This document shows positions 19,168-28,894 of a stretch of 64,000 nt of DNA, piece by piece. Position 1 is the stretch's first letter, and each line of letters opens with the position of its first letter. Source of the stretch: Oscillospiraceae bacterium (GTDB taxonomy: Bacteria; Bacillota; Clostridia; Oscillospirales; Ruminococcaceae); the NCBI GenBank assembly GCA_050950205.1, contig JBMNHF010000004.1, positions 19,045-83,044 on the forward strand. Reading direction: 5' to 3'. Made by a program: the position numbers and the translations under genes. The notes beneath the pieces were generated by a model. That model did not search any database. It had not been told where the DNA came from and saw only the letters and a list, made by a program, of their open reading frames with translations.

Positions 19168-19464
19168 ATGAGAAAAATTGACGAGATCATCGCAAAGGGA
19201 AGGATTAAAGCAAAGGTACTGTTTACAGGGGGACTTTATGACAAGCGGACCGGAAAATTCATGAATTGGGGTTATGCTTATATCCGCGATCCAGATCGTA
19301 TCCTGCCCAATTATCTTCCCGACAGAATATTTATCCCTCCTAGGGACCTCAGTCGTTTAAAGGCGCAGGGGCTTCGGCGTTTGGATGATGTCCTTCTGTC
19401 TGTTAAGAAGGATTCGAAGGGAAGGCTCTATGGAGTGGATATTGAACTGATCAAAAGAGATTAG
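19168..19464 (+). CDS. Small hypothetical protein, possible stand-alone OB/cold-shock-like fold
   Basis: WGYAYIRD...RIFIPPRDL...DDVLLSV...GRLYG resembles the RNase II/R CSD pattern. Confidence 0.55.
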   Translation: MRKIDEIIAKGRIKAKVLFTGGLYDKRTGKFMNWGYAYIRDPDRILPNYLPDRIFIPPRDLSRLKAQGLRRLDDVLLSVKKDSKGRLYGVDIELIKRD

Positions 19465-19645
19465 CCAACCTGCCTGTTTTTAGTCTAATGCCATGTACTG
19501 GATTGCAGGCCATCCACTGGTTTTAATCGGACAAAGCGTTCCTTATTCCAGTGTTTTTAACCGGACAAATTGATGCAAGGGTGACAAAGTCCATGAGATT
19601 TTCAGGACGGCAGCGTCATAGAACTTTCATCGGGTGTTCAGCCAT

Positions 19646-19697
19646 AAAAATCATCTGCCTGGCAACCAATCATGGTTGCCAGGCAGATGATTTTTTG
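19646..19697. terminator. Bidirectional terminator, 22-bp perfect stem
   Basis: AAAAATCATCTGCCTGGCAACC / GGTTGCCAGGCAGATGATTTTT between convergent genes. Confidence 0.8.
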
Positions 19698-19752
19698 CTT
19701 GGTTACAAAGGCACCGACTTCGACCGGACAGTGCCCTCCAATCAACGATGGG

Positions 19753-19932
19753 TCAACTTCTTCGAACCAAAAGATGATCGCCGTTGTTTAGTTGTATCAC
19801 ATTGGCTTCAAAGGTTTCGGCCATTGTTTCCAGAAACTGCTGGCGAGCCTCGTCATTGGGCATGTGGAGTGCCAGGGGATTTCCTGTAATCACCCGCTCC
19901 GGGCAATCGGTCACATACATTACTATTTCCAT
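19753..19932 (-). CDS. Probable capping-complex subunit for YIEGIA
   Basis: 59-aa protein directly after the YIEGIA gene; ends LNNGDHLLVRR. Confidence 0.7.
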   Translation of the reverse strand: MEIVMYVTDCPERVITGNPLALHMPNDEARQQFLETMAETFEANVIQLNNGDHLLVRRS

Positions 19933-19936
19933 GCCG

Positions 19937-20830
19937 TTACCTCTTGTGGGACAGCTTGCGAACACTCTCTAAAATTGGTGTGTTGCGCACTGCAGTTAGT
20001 ATTTTTTCTTTATCCCTTATGATGGGAATAAATGCAATCACAATTCTGCCATCGGATAAGCTGCGCCTTGTAAACAACAGCTCTTTGGCGCCAAAGGAGC
20101 GAACCGCATCGTATAAAATAGCTGTTCGCTGTCCGTTGTTTTCCAGGGTAAGCCGGTGCTTTTCCGTTTTTGGAGTTGCCACCAGCGCCACCCCCTCATC
20201 CCGAAAAAACGCTTGTCGTTTGGGCAGGCCCAACATGGCGGTAATCCAGATATCGTCCACATACAAATCCGTGCCTCTCACCTCAATCTGCCCGAAATGA
20301 ATGGTGCAGATGTCGCCGATGCACTTGCCTTTGGTAAAACGCACCATAACCCAAATCAGGACAGAGCCCACCACCAAAGCATTGGCCAGGTTGAGCCAAA
20401 TGTCCTCGCTCAGAAACAGGTAAAGTGACAAAACGGTGCCCAGCGCTGTCAACAGGGAAAGGTAATTTCTGGCTTCAAAGGTTTTGGAAATGCCGTCAAT
20501 ATAGGCGCTTCCCCGGGGTGCAAATCCGGCCGAATCAATTTGCTCCAGACTTTCCTGAATCTGTTTGCGGATATCCCGAAAATGCTGAACGGCCAACATT
20601 AAAAAGGTAACCGCCGCAAAATCGTTGGTCAACAGGGAAGGGATCGCAACGGCGCCAAGGCTTGCCGCAAAAAATCCGGTGACCAGGTTGATAAAATATC
20701 CGTTGGGATAGCTGGGCACCTGCCGCAAATCGACACGCAAGGTAATCATACGGGCAATGGTTCCCATTAAAATACCCAGCAAGATTCGTATCAAGGTAAT
20801 CTGAGAAATTACATCGGGGGCCGAATCCAT
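19937..20830 (-). CDS. YIEGIA-family membrane protein
   Basis: RGSAYIDGISKTFEARNY signature; RVDLRQVPSYPNG; several TM segments. Confidence 0.88.
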   Translation of the reverse strand: MDSAPDVISQITLIRILLGILMGTIARMITLRVDLRQVPSYPNGYFINLVTGFFAASLGAVAIPSLLTNDFAAVTFLMLAVQHFRDIRKQIQESLEQIDSAGFAPRGSAYIDGISKTFEARNYLSLLTALGTVLSLYLFLSEDIWLNLANALVVGSVLIWVMVRFTKGKCIGDICTIHFGQIEVRGTDLYVDDIWITAMLGLPKRQAFFRDEGVALVATPKTEKHRLTLENNGQRTAILYDAVRSFGAKELLFTRRSLSDGRIVIAFIPIIRDKEKILTAVRNTPILESVRKLSHKR

Positions 20831-20994
20831 GGCTTTTCCTCCTGATTGGAAACAATCGTCATTATGGTATAAGATTTCCTGGTTGGCACCCCTTTATTCC
20901 GCCATCAGCGGACGCAACGGCGCATCCATTTCATAAATTGCAATTTTTCGGAAAAGCTATCAGGGCAACCAAATCAACACAGGATGGTGATTGT

Positions 20995-21174
20995 ATGGAA
21001 AAGCAAAAGCAAAAAAAGAACAACAAAGACAGTTTAGCGCATCTGGATATAGACGTTGTCAGCGCAGCGTCTTCTATGGATTGCACCGGCTTAATTCCCG
21101 CCGCTCCCAAAAATGAATTTGAGGAAGAGGCGTATAAATCACTGTACCATTTTGAAGCAAATATCAACCAATAA
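20995..21174 (+). CDS. Small hypothetical protein (SxxDCTGLIP motif)
   Basis: RBS GGTGA; AASSMDCTGLIPAAP...EEAYKSLY pattern recalled from small clostridial proteins. Confidence 0.7.
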   Translation: MEKQKQKKNNKDSLAHLDIDVVSAASSMDCTGLIPAAPKNEFEEEAYKSLYHFEANINQ

Positions 21175-21196
21175 TCAGGAAAGGCAGGCTGATCTT

Positions 21197-21400
21197 GTGG
21201 CAGACCAGAAGAAAAAAACAGGGCCGACCCTGCATGGAAACCAAGCAAAGATCGACGCATCCAATAAAAATCCACTTTTTTGCCATAGCTACGAAGCGAA
21301 AACAGCGCCGCAAACCTTTGACTTTGAATCCCTTCCCGGCAGCAAAGCGGATCTGAAAAACGCCCGAAATGAGTTCAAGTCCGAAAAGACCAACCCATAA
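21197..21400 (+). CDS. Small hypothetical protein
   Basis: GTG start after RBS GAAAGGCAGG; 67 aa; follows the previous small ORF. Confidence 0.55.
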   Translation: MADQKKKTGPTLHGNQAKIDASNKNPLFCHSYEAKTAPQTFDFESLPGSKADLKNARNEFKSEKTNP

Positions 21401-21426
21401 GCACCGGGCCATGGATCTGCAGTCTG

Positions 21427-22698
21427 TCAGGACTGCTGAAAGTTGCGGGTGAAGAGATCGCTGTTTTGCAGAAGCTCCTTGGGCGTGTGGATGCCCAAAC
21501 GCTTGAGCAACTCGATGACATGGGGGTTGTCCATTGGGGTGGGATAGGTGGCCCCATCCCCATACTCATCAACCAGCTCGGCGGCTTTCTCCTTTGGAAT
21601 AATTGCTTTGGGCCCGCCAACGCACCCTCCCACGCAGCCCATGCCCTCAAAGAAATTGGCGCTTATGTTGCCTTCCAAAATATCGTTGAGCATTGCCTTG
21701 CAGGCCTTGACACCATCCGCCTGCTTTGTTTTCAGGGGCATGGCGTGATGGGGGCTGATCCGGTGAACCGTTGCCTCTACCGCTTCGCTGACCCCTCCAG
21801 TTCTGGCGTATATCCTCCCGGCTCGGGAGGATATTTCTTTTTCGCTTTCTTCCATCTGGGCAGGGTCCAGCTCCAGCGCATTGAAAATCTCCAGTGCCTC
21901 CTGAAACGTCAGTACATAGTCTACGGCGTCCCGAATATCCGCTTCTCTGGCCTCTGCCTTTTTGGCCAGACAGGGACCGATAAACACGGTGATGGCGTCT
22001 GGGTGCAGGTGCTTGATGGTGCGCCCGCAGGCCACCATGGGGGAAACCGCCGGCGGCACATGGGGGATCAGCTGATGATACACCCGGCGAATCATGGCAA
22101 TCCACATGGGGCAGCAGCAGCTGGTCAACTGATAATCGCCGTCCTCCAAAATATTTTCTATAAATTCATAAGATTCCTTTAAGGTGAGGATATCGGCAAA
22201 GACAGCAACCTCCAGCATCCCGTCAAAGCCCAGCCGCTTCAGGCAGGTGCGCAACTTGCCGGGGGTCACCTCCTCCTGAAACTGTCCCAAAAAGGCCGGA
22301 GCTATCATGGCATAAACCAGCTGCCCCTGTTTTTTCTGGGCCAGCATTTCCAGCACGGCAATGGCATCCCGGGAGGCAATCAGGTTGTTTTCCTTGCAGT
22401 GTTCTATGCAAGCAGCGCAGCCCACACAGTTTTCGTTAATCTCCGGGCCTTCGGGGGTCATGTGGATGGCGTCAAACTCACAGCTCTCCACACAGGAGGA
22501 GCACTGGGGATCCGTGCAGTGGCAACTGCCCAGCCGCCAAATAATCGGATGCTTTTGGGGATGGAGCAAACAATCCAGATGCTTTACATCATAGGGTTTG
22601 CCCTTCCATTCCTTTACCGTTTGGGAAGGTGATTTTTCTTTGGCATTTTGCAACAAACGGCGATACAGCTCTTCCAAGGTGATGTTCATATCCTGCAT
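21427..22698 (-). CDS. Monomeric [FeFe]-hydrogenase-family protein (two 4Fe-4S clusters + H-domain)
   Basis: P1 TSCCCPMW, P2 GPCLAKKAE, P3 EGMGCVGGCVGG; N-terminal Cys-rich ferredoxin motifs. Confidence 0.9.
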   Translation of the reverse strand: MQDMNITLEELYRRLLQNAKEKSPSQTVKEWKGKPYDVKHLDCLLHPQKHPIIWRLGSCHCTDPQCSSCVESCEFDAIHMTPEGPEINENCVGCAACIEHCKENNLIASRDAIAVLEMLAQKKQGQLVYAMIAPAFLGQFQEEVTPGKLRTCLKRLGFDGMLEVAVFADILTLKESYEFIENILEDGDYQLTSCCCPMWIAMIRRVYHQLIPHVPPAVSPMVACGRTIKHLHPDAITVFIGPCLAKKAEAREADIRDAVDYVLTFQEALEIFNALELDPAQMEESEKEISSRAGRIYARTGGVSEAVEATVHRISPHHAMPLKTKQADGVKACKAMLNDILEGNISANFFEGMGCVGGCVGGPKAIIPKEKAAELVDEYGDGATYPTPMDNPHVIELLKRLGIHTPKELLQNSDLFTRNFQQS

Positions 22699-22822
22699 AT
22701 TTCTCTGCCTTTCCTGTTAACCACAATATAAGATGATTTATTTTACCATAAATTTCAACCCATTGAAACTGCAAAAAGGCAACGGGCAATGGGTTTGCTG
22801 TTTTTCATTTTCTAAAACCCTG

Positions 22823-23302
22823 CTATTCTTTTTCTTTTTGATACATCCTCCTGACTGCCTTGCGAATCTCCTGATAACTGGTGCAGCGGCAGAGATTGGA
22901 CTGGAGCCACTCTTCCACAATGTACTCCTCCGGCAAAACGGGGTACTGCATTTGAAGACCATGGCAGACCATCAAAAACCCGGAGGTGCAGTACCCGCAC
23001 TGGAAGGCATTGTCCTCCACAAAGGCCTGCTGGATGGGCGCATTTCCCCCCAGACCCTCCACCGTCAACAGCCGATGTCCCTGCGCCTCCACCGCCAGCA
23101 CCAGACAGGATTTCACCGGCCACCCATCCATGAGGATGGTGCAGGTGCCGCAATCCCCGTTTTTGCAGCCGGGTTTTGCCCCGGTGAGACCCAGTTGTTC
23201 CCGCAGCACATCCAGGAGCAAGTCAGACGGGCGCACCGCCAACTGATGGAGTTCCTGGTTGATCTCAAGGGTGATGACGGTTTTTCCCTCATAGCGGACC
23301 AT
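22823..23302 (-). CDS. Xanthine dehydrogenase family (2Fe-2S) subunit
   Basis: GAKPGCKNGDCGTCT...KSC, FQCGYCTSG, NLCRC. Confidence 0.95.
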   Translation of the reverse strand: MVRYEGKTVITLEINQELHQLAVRPSDLLLDVLREQLGLTGAKPGCKNGDCGTCTILMDGWPVKSCLVLAVEAQGHRLLTVEGLGGNAPIQQAFVEDNAFQCGYCTSGFLMVCHGLQMQYPVLPEEYIVEEWLQSNLCRCTSYQEIRKAVRRMYQKEKE

Positions 23303-24128
23303 GGGCAACCTCCTCCAGCAGAGTTTGCATAATATTTCGAAAAACAAACTTGCGATATTCTGCCGAACCCTCCACATCTCCAAAGGCTGGTTGGGGCAAC
23401 AGTTGCACCGCTTTGTCCGCCCGGTCTGCACAAGAAAGGGTGCGGTCGTTGAAAACCGCTTCCATTTCCACACTGCGAAAAGGATCCAGACACAGACCGG
23501 AACAGGCCACCCGCAGGGAATGGTTCTGCCAAAGTGCTGCAATGCTCACCAGGGGATAGTCGATTTTCTCGTTGGCGGTCTGTTTGATGTGGTAATGGGG
23601 TGCCTGCAACGCTTCTTTTGGCACATGAATCTGCACGATAAACTCCCCGGGGCTGTGCTGCATTCGCCCATCAAAAACACTGGCAAAAGGCAGAGTGCGC
23701 AATCCCTGCTTTCCAAACAAGGTGATGGTGGCATCCGAAACCAGCAGGGGCAGACAGGTTTCCCGGTATCGAATGGTGCCGCAGAGATTCCCCCCCAAGG
23801 TAATCCGGCACTGGTTGGTGTGGTCGGCAATTCTGCCGCAAGCCAACCCAAGGAGGGGAAACAGCTTGGACTGCTTTATTTCATTCAAGGTACAGATAGA
23901 GCCTAAGCAAAGGCCGGTAGAGTCCAGTGCCAATGCCTTGCATTCTGGAATTTGCTTAAGGTCAATCACCGCTCCCGGCTGGATGCTTCCAGCTCTGGAC
24001 ATGGTGATAATTTCGCTGCCCCCCGCATAGTAGACAGGGTTTTTGCCCTGAGATTCCAGTTGCACAAAGGCCTGAAAAGCTTCTTCCAAGGTGTTGGGGC
24101 GACAATAGATCAGGTCAAAGGGAATCAT
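23289..24128 (-). CDS. Xanthine dehydrogenase family FAD-binding subunit
   Basis: YYAGGSEI, ITLGGNLC, GSAEYRK. Confidence 0.92.
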   Translation of the reverse strand: MIPFDLIYCRPNTLEEAFQAFVQLESQGKNPVYYAGGSEIITMSRAGSIQPGAVIDLKQIPECKALALDSTGLCLGSICTLNEIKQSKLFPLLGLACGRIADHTNQCRITLGGNLCGTIRYRETCLPLLVSDATITLFGKQGLRTLPFASVFDGRMQHSPGEFIVQIHVPKEALQAPHYHIKQTANEKIDYPLVSIAALWQNHSLRVACSGLCLDPFRSVEMEAVFNDRTLSCADRADKAVQLLPQPAFGDVEGSAEYRKFVFRNIMQTLLEEVAHGPL

Positions 24129-26455
24129 TGGAGATCCTCCCTCACCGTTTTCCAGATCTGCTCCGGTGTTAAGGGCAAAGCAAACAGCTCCTTGCCCAAG
24201 GCGGCGGACAAGGCGTTGCCCAAGGCCGCCGGAATGCCGATGATGCCGTGCTCTGCATAGCTGCGCACCCCGTAAGGGGATTCCAGCTCCGGGGTTTCCA
24301 CAAAGCCCACCCGGTAATCCGGCTCCTGCCCGATGTGAAGAAGTTTATAGGTGCGCAGATTGGGTGCCCGGTTAATTCCCTGCTGGTCATAGGCGGCAGC
24401 TTCCCGGCTGGCCAAACTCATGCCCATGGCCATGCCACCCGCTATCATGGAGCGCATCAGCTCGGGGTTGATGACCTTTCCCACATCCAGGACAGCGGAG
24501 GCGGAAATGATGCGGTAGGTAAAGGTTTTAAGGTCTACCTCCACCTCTACCACCTGTGCTCCCAAAGTCCAGGATGGGCCTGTTTTCCCTTTTCCGGTTT
24601 GGGGGTCCAATAAGCTTAAACCTTTCAGCATAAAGCCACCCCGCCCCAGCACCGGCTCCCCGAGGGACTCTCGCTGCGCCGACCGACAGCCCTGCACAAT
24701 GTCCCGAAAGGCGATAAAGCGGTCGGGATTTTTGAGGGAGAAGACACGACCGTTGGCAATTTCAATCTCCTCCATGGGACACTGCAACGTCTCGGCACCG
24801 TTGCGGCGCAGTTGGGCAATGAGGTCATCGGCTGCCCGCAGAACAGCGTGACCCGCCATGTATTCCGTCAGGCTTGCCACCGTCTTCCAGTGCTCGGGGG
24901 CTGTGCGGGTATCCACCGGCATCACCACATGAACTTGACTTGGGTCCATCTTAAGCCGTTCCGCCAGAATCTGTGCCAAGTTGGTTTGCCCTCCCGAGCC
25001 CATCTCCACCACTCCGGTATGGAGGTTCACGCTGCCGTCTGGGTTAAAGGTAATGAGGGCGCCGGAAATCGCATCGGTGGGGGGATTTTCCGTCTTCCAC
25101 AGGCAGGCCACCCCTTTGGCGCGAACGGTATCCTTCTTGATGGCAACCGCTTTCCCCCCATCCCATTGGGACAGCTCCTTTGCCTGCTGCAAGCACTGGG
25201 AGAGATTCCCCACAAGGCTGTCGGTAGCCACCACCTGAGTGGGGGTTAAACTGCCCGGGCGAATGGCATTTTGGATGCGAAACTCCAACGGGTCCAGCCC
25301 GCATTGTTTGGCCAGCAAATCCATGGTGCGCTCGATGCAAAAGGTGTAGGATTCGTGGGCAAAGCTGCGGTAGGAGGTGGCAAAGGTGTGGTTGGTGTAG
25401 ACGCAATAAGAATCGCAGCTTAAATGTGGGATGTGATAGGGTCCGGTGCAATCCACCGCCGCCGCCTTTGCCATATAGGGGGAAATATCGGTGTAGGCGC
25501 CGCAGTCCAGCCAGTAGGTGATTTCGGCAGCCTGAATTTTTCCCTCCCGATTGGCGCCCAGCTTAATGTCCGCCTCCAATCCAATGCGGCTGGGCGCGCA
25601 AGCCATATCCTGTTCCCGGGAGAGGGTGAGGCGAACCGCCTTTCCCCCCACGCTGCGGGAGGCCAAAAAGGCCAGTATCTCCAAAAAGACGGGGGCTTTG
25701 CCACCAAATCCCCCACCCACAAAGGGGACTTTTACCTGTATCTGTCCGGCGGGAATCAAAAAAGCCTCCGACAGCTGCTTTCTCACCGCGTAAGGGGATT
25801 GGGAGGATGTGGTGATGATGACATTTCCGTCGGGGGAGATTTCGGCCCGGGCAGTTCGCACCTCCATGGCCATGTGGTAGGAGGGGGGAAGGGAAAACCG
25901 CTGCTGCACCACCACATCGCACCCCGCCAGCGCTTTTCCGGCATCGCCTTTTCGGATGCGGTAGTGGCTGGCAATGTTGGTGCCCTCTTGGGGGTAAAGG
26001 TCGGGCACCACCTTTTTATAGCCATTGGTTTTTTTGTGTACCAAAGCTGCTCCTTCCGCCAAAGCCTGAGAAGGTGTCAGCACCACCGGAAGGGGAGCAT
26101 ATTCCACTTCAATCAGCCGGGTGGCCAGTTCTGCGGCAGGCTCATCCTGAGCCACCACAAGGGCTATCGGCTCCCCTGCATAGCGCACCACATCCCGAGC
26201 CAAGGCAGGCCGATCTAAAACCAGAGGGCCAAACAGCTCTGGACAATCCGCTCCCGTCAAAATGGATTTGACACCCCGAACTGCAAGGGCCTTGGAAAGA
26301 TCAATCCGTCCAATGGTACCATGAGCCCACGGGCTGGTAAGCAGTCGGGCAAAAAGAACGTCCAACCCAGGCAGATCATCGGTATACTGCGCTTTTCCAG
26401 TCACCTTTTCCCACGCTTCCTTGCGCTGGACTGCTTTCCCAATGGCATAGTTCAT
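24125..26455 (-). CDS. Xanthine dehydrogenase family molybdopterin-binding subunit
   Basis: KVTGKAQYTDD, VGGGFGGK, VEMGSGGQT, GGMAMGMS. Confidence 0.95.
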   Translation of the reverse strand: MNYAIGKAVQRKEAWEKVTGKAQYTDDLPGLDVLFARLLTSPWAHGTIGRIDLSKALAVRGVKSILTGADCPELFGPLVLDRPALARDVVRYAGEPIALVVAQDEPAAELATRLIEVEYAPLPVVLTPSQALAEGAALVHKKTNGYKKVVPDLYPQEGTNIASHYRIRKGDAGKALAGCDVVVQQRFSLPPSYHMAMEVRTARAEISPDGNVIITTSSQSPYAVRKQLSEAFLIPAGQIQVKVPFVGGGFGGKAPVFLEILAFLASRSVGGKAVRLTLSREQDMACAPSRIGLEADIKLGANREGKIQAAEITYWLDCGAYTDISPYMAKAAAVDCTGPYHIPHLSCDSYCVYTNHTFATSYRSFAHESYTFCIERTMDLLAKQCGLDPLEFRIQNAIRPGSLTPTQVVATDSLVGNLSQCLQQAKELSQWDGGKAVAIKKDTVRAKGVACLWKTENPPTDAISGALITFNPDGSVNLHTGVVEMGSGGQTNLAQILAERLKMDPSQVHVVMPVDTRTAPEHWKTVASLTEYMAGHAVLRAADDLIAQLRRNGAETLQCPMEEIEIANGRVFSLKNPDRFIAFRDIVQGCRSAQRESLGEPVLGRGGFMLKGLSLLDPQTGKGKTGPSWTLGAQVVEVEVDLKTFTYRIISASAVLDVGKVINPELMRSMIAGGMAMGMSLASREAAAYDQQGINRAPNLRTYKLLHIGQEPDYRVGFVETPELESPYGVRSYAEHGIIGIPAALGNALSAALGKELFALPLTPEQIWKTVREDLQ

Positions 26456-26588
26456 TTTTGCATCCCCTTTCTTTGGCGTTATAGCTAAGTTTTTCCATCC
26501 TGCCGTTGATTATTCGGGATGAGGTATAGCTTGCCGCCCCCCGGAAAAGATAAATCAAAAGGAAGGATATTTGAAAGGGGATGTTTCC

Positions 26589-27827
26589 ATGAACCCATTT
26601 GAACAAAAGCCGGTTCCCATCAAAGAGACCATTATGGATTGGTGCACCGTTTATCCCACGCCCTACAACAAAATGACGGTAGACCCCTATACAAAGGTGC
26701 GCATCATCCTGATGAACGGCATCGAAGTAGAAGCGACGCTGTTTAAGCATCAGTTCCACCGCAACTGCCAAAACAATGACCTGCGCAGGGAGCTGGCACT
26801 GTCCCGCCGCATCGAACAGCAGCAGCAAAAGCACATTAACTGGCTCAAGCCCATTGATGAAACCCAACTGGAAACCACCATCGGCTATGAGCATGTAGCG
26901 GTGGACTTAACGGCTTGGCTTGCTCAGAACGAGCCCAACCCTTACGTCAAACAGGCGCTGGATTTTGCCCTGTTGGAGGACTTTGACCATCTGTACCGCT
27001 ATGCCAACCTGTTGGATTTGGATGCGCAGATTCCCGCGCAGCAGCTGGTAAAAAGCTATGTGGACATCACACCGGGGCGCCCCACCATTGCGGAACACCG
27101 CTTCCCCTTTGATTCGGTCAAGTTCCCGGTGGACTTTAAGACCGCCGATCTTCGCACCAAACTGAATATTTTAATCATCACCGCCGGCGAGCAGCAGACC
27201 ATGAACTTTTATATGAATATCGGCAACACCTACTACAACGACCTTGGCCGCCAGCTTTACCTGGAAATCGGCATGATCGAGGAGCAGCATGTCACCCACT
27301 ACGGTTCGTTGCTGGACCCCAACTGCACTTGGCTGGAAAACTTGCTGCTCCACGAGTATATGGAGTGTTATCTCTACTACTCCTTCTACCAGGACGAGCA
27401 GGACGCCAACGTAAAATCCGTTTGGGAAATGCATCTGCAGCAGGAAATTGCTCACCTTCACGCAGCGGTGGAGCTGTTGCAAAAATACGAAAACAAAGAC
27501 TGGCAGCAGGTTATTCCCGGGGGCCAGTTTCCCAAGCTGCTGCAGTTCCACGATACCCGCGACTATGTCCGGCAGATTTTAGGGCAACAGATTTTGCTTA
27601 CCGCCAACCGGGAAGAGTACACCCCTGTTCCGCAACTTCCCAAAGACCACGAGTTCTTCTTCTACCAAAACAAGGTCAACCACGACGTCAACGCGGTGGC
27701 CAGCCACAACGTCATCGTACAGCACCAAAAGAAGTGCAACATCGACTATCGGGCCGAGGCCCAAACCAACCCGGTGCAGGAATTGACCGATCGCACCGTG
27801 GACAACACCACCATTGCCCGTTCCTAA
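26589..27827 (+). CDS. Hypothetical protein with tandem ferritin-like (E...ExxH) helical bundles
   Basis: Repeated GIEVE / EQQQQKH / YEHVAV / EDFDH, then GEQQT / EEQH / HEYME / EIAH. Confidence 0.75.
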   Translation: MNPFEQKPVPIKETIMDWCTVYPTPYNKMTVDPYTKVRIILMNGIEVEATLFKHQFHRNCQNNDLRRELALSRRIEQQQQKHINWLKPIDETQLETTIGYEHVAVDLTAWLAQNEPNPYVKQALDFALLEDFDHLYRYANLLDLDAQIPAQQLVKSYVDITPGRPTIAEHRFPFDSVKFPVDFKTADLRTKLNILIITAGEQQTMNFYMNIGNTYYNDLGRQLYLEIGMIEEQHVTHYGSLLDPNCTWLENLLLHEYMECYLYYSFYQDEQDANVKSVWEMHLQQEIAHLHAAVELLQKYENKDWQQVIPGGQFPKLLQFHDTRDYVRQILGQQILLTANREEYTPVPQLPKDHEFFFYQNKVNHDVNAVASHNVIVQHQKKCNIDYRAEAQTNPVQELTDRTVDNTTIARS

Positions 27828-27831
27828 ACCC

Positions 27832-27865
27832 AAAAACGCCGTCCCAAAACAGGACGGCGTTTTTT
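27832..27865. terminator. Bidirectional intrinsic terminator
   Basis: AAAAACGCCGTCC / GGACGGCGTTTTT. Confidence 0.85.
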
Positions 27866-28013
27866 GATTTATACTTGATCTGGTGTGACAGCAGCAAATC
27901 AAGTGCTATGCCTTTTTCACACCAGCTGCGCCGTGGAAACCTTGGATAAAAAAGCAGATCGCCTATCCTCCCTATTTCGCATCGATCTGGAGGGGATAGG
28001 TTTTTTTCGGTTT

Positions 28014-28265
28014 TTATTTCTCCAGTTCTTGCTGGATATCCCGAATTTCTTTTTCAATGCCTGCAATCCCGTGCTGGCGCCGAATGTTTTTTTGCCTGAG
28101 CTGTTCTTGCTGGGCGTCGGAAGGTGTTTCGGCCATAATCTCTTTGGATACCTCGATGTTATATTTGGTGGTCGCCAACTTTTTCCGAAGCTGCCGAATC
28201 CGCTCCCACTTCTGTTCCTTCTGCATTTTTTCCAGCGCTTTGGTGGAGTTATTCATTTCCGCCAC
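28014..28265 (-). CDS. Small acid-soluble spore protein Tlp-like
   Basis: ERIRQL...TTKYNIEVSKEIM...LRQKNIRR...IEKEIRD matches the Tlp pattern. Confidence 0.65.
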   Translation of the reverse strand: MAEMNNSTKALEKMQKEQKWERIRQLRKKLATTKYNIEVSKEIMAETPSDAQQEQLRQKNIRRQHGIAGIEKEIRDIQQELEK

Positions 28266-28701
28266 CCCCTATGACATTGGGGCTGTCGGCGGCCAGCTCC
28301 TCCCGCGCTTGGGCCTCTTTCATTTCCCGAATCATTTGGGGAATGACCTGGGCCCGGCGCTGGTTGGCCTCTTGCAGCTCTTGAACCTTTTTGCTGTCCT
28401 GCTCAAAAGCCATCATCTCCTCGGCCGCTTCCATATTGTGCAGGGTCGATACAATGGTGTCCTGAATTCGCCGGGCTTTTGTTTTGCGATTGGCAATGCG
28501 CTCAATCACCTGCAGTCCCGTTGCACAGTCGTCGTACTTTCCGGCGTTTATCCCCCGAATCGCTTTTTCTAAGGTGCGCTCGTAATATGCCTCCGGTGAT
28601 GTGCCGCTGTAAAACTGGTCCGTTCTGTGGTCGCGGGTTTCCTGTTGTGCCAGCCGCGCGTACTCGTTCTTCACCTGCTGAATCAATTGCTCTCTGTTCA
28701 A
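28249..28701 (-). CDS. tlp: Tlp-domain protein with an extra about 70-aa N-terminal domain
   Basis: TTG start after RBS AAGGGGGG; C-half RIQDTIVSTLHNMEAAEEMM...ELQEANQRR...MIREMKE is Tlp-like. Confidence 0.7.
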   Translation of the reverse strand: MNREQLIQQVKNEYARLAQQETRDHRTDQFYSGTSPEAYYERTLEKAIRGINAGKYDDCATGLQVIERIANRKTKARRIQDTIVSTLHNMEAAEEMMAFEQDSKKVQELQEANQRRAQVIPQMIREMKEAQAREELAADSPNVIGGGGNE

Positions 28702-28726
28702 AAAATTCCCCCCTTGAGCCACAATA

Positions 28727-28885
28727 TTACCCCGAGGTTTTTCGGTCGCCGTCGGAAACGGTGTTGAGCCCGAATTTGGCTCGGGCACTTTCCCCTTGCG
28801 GATCGTGTTTGATGTTTTTGGAATGGAATTTTCCGTCCTGTTTTTTGTTTTGTTTGGTGTTTTTCATTTTATTTTCGCTGCTCAT
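28727..28885 (-). CDS. 52-aa basic protein (CPC_1213-family-like), below the ORF-track cutoff
   Basis: MSSENKMKNTKQNKKQDGKFHSKNIKHDPQGESARAKFGLNTVSDGDRKTSG; RBS AGGTG overlaps the upstream stop; KHDPQxESARA motif. Confidence 0.75.
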   Translation of the reverse strand: MSSENKMKNTKQNKKQDGKFHSKNIKHDPQGESARAKFGLNTVSDGDRKTSG

Positions 28886-28894
28886 CTTTTTCAC

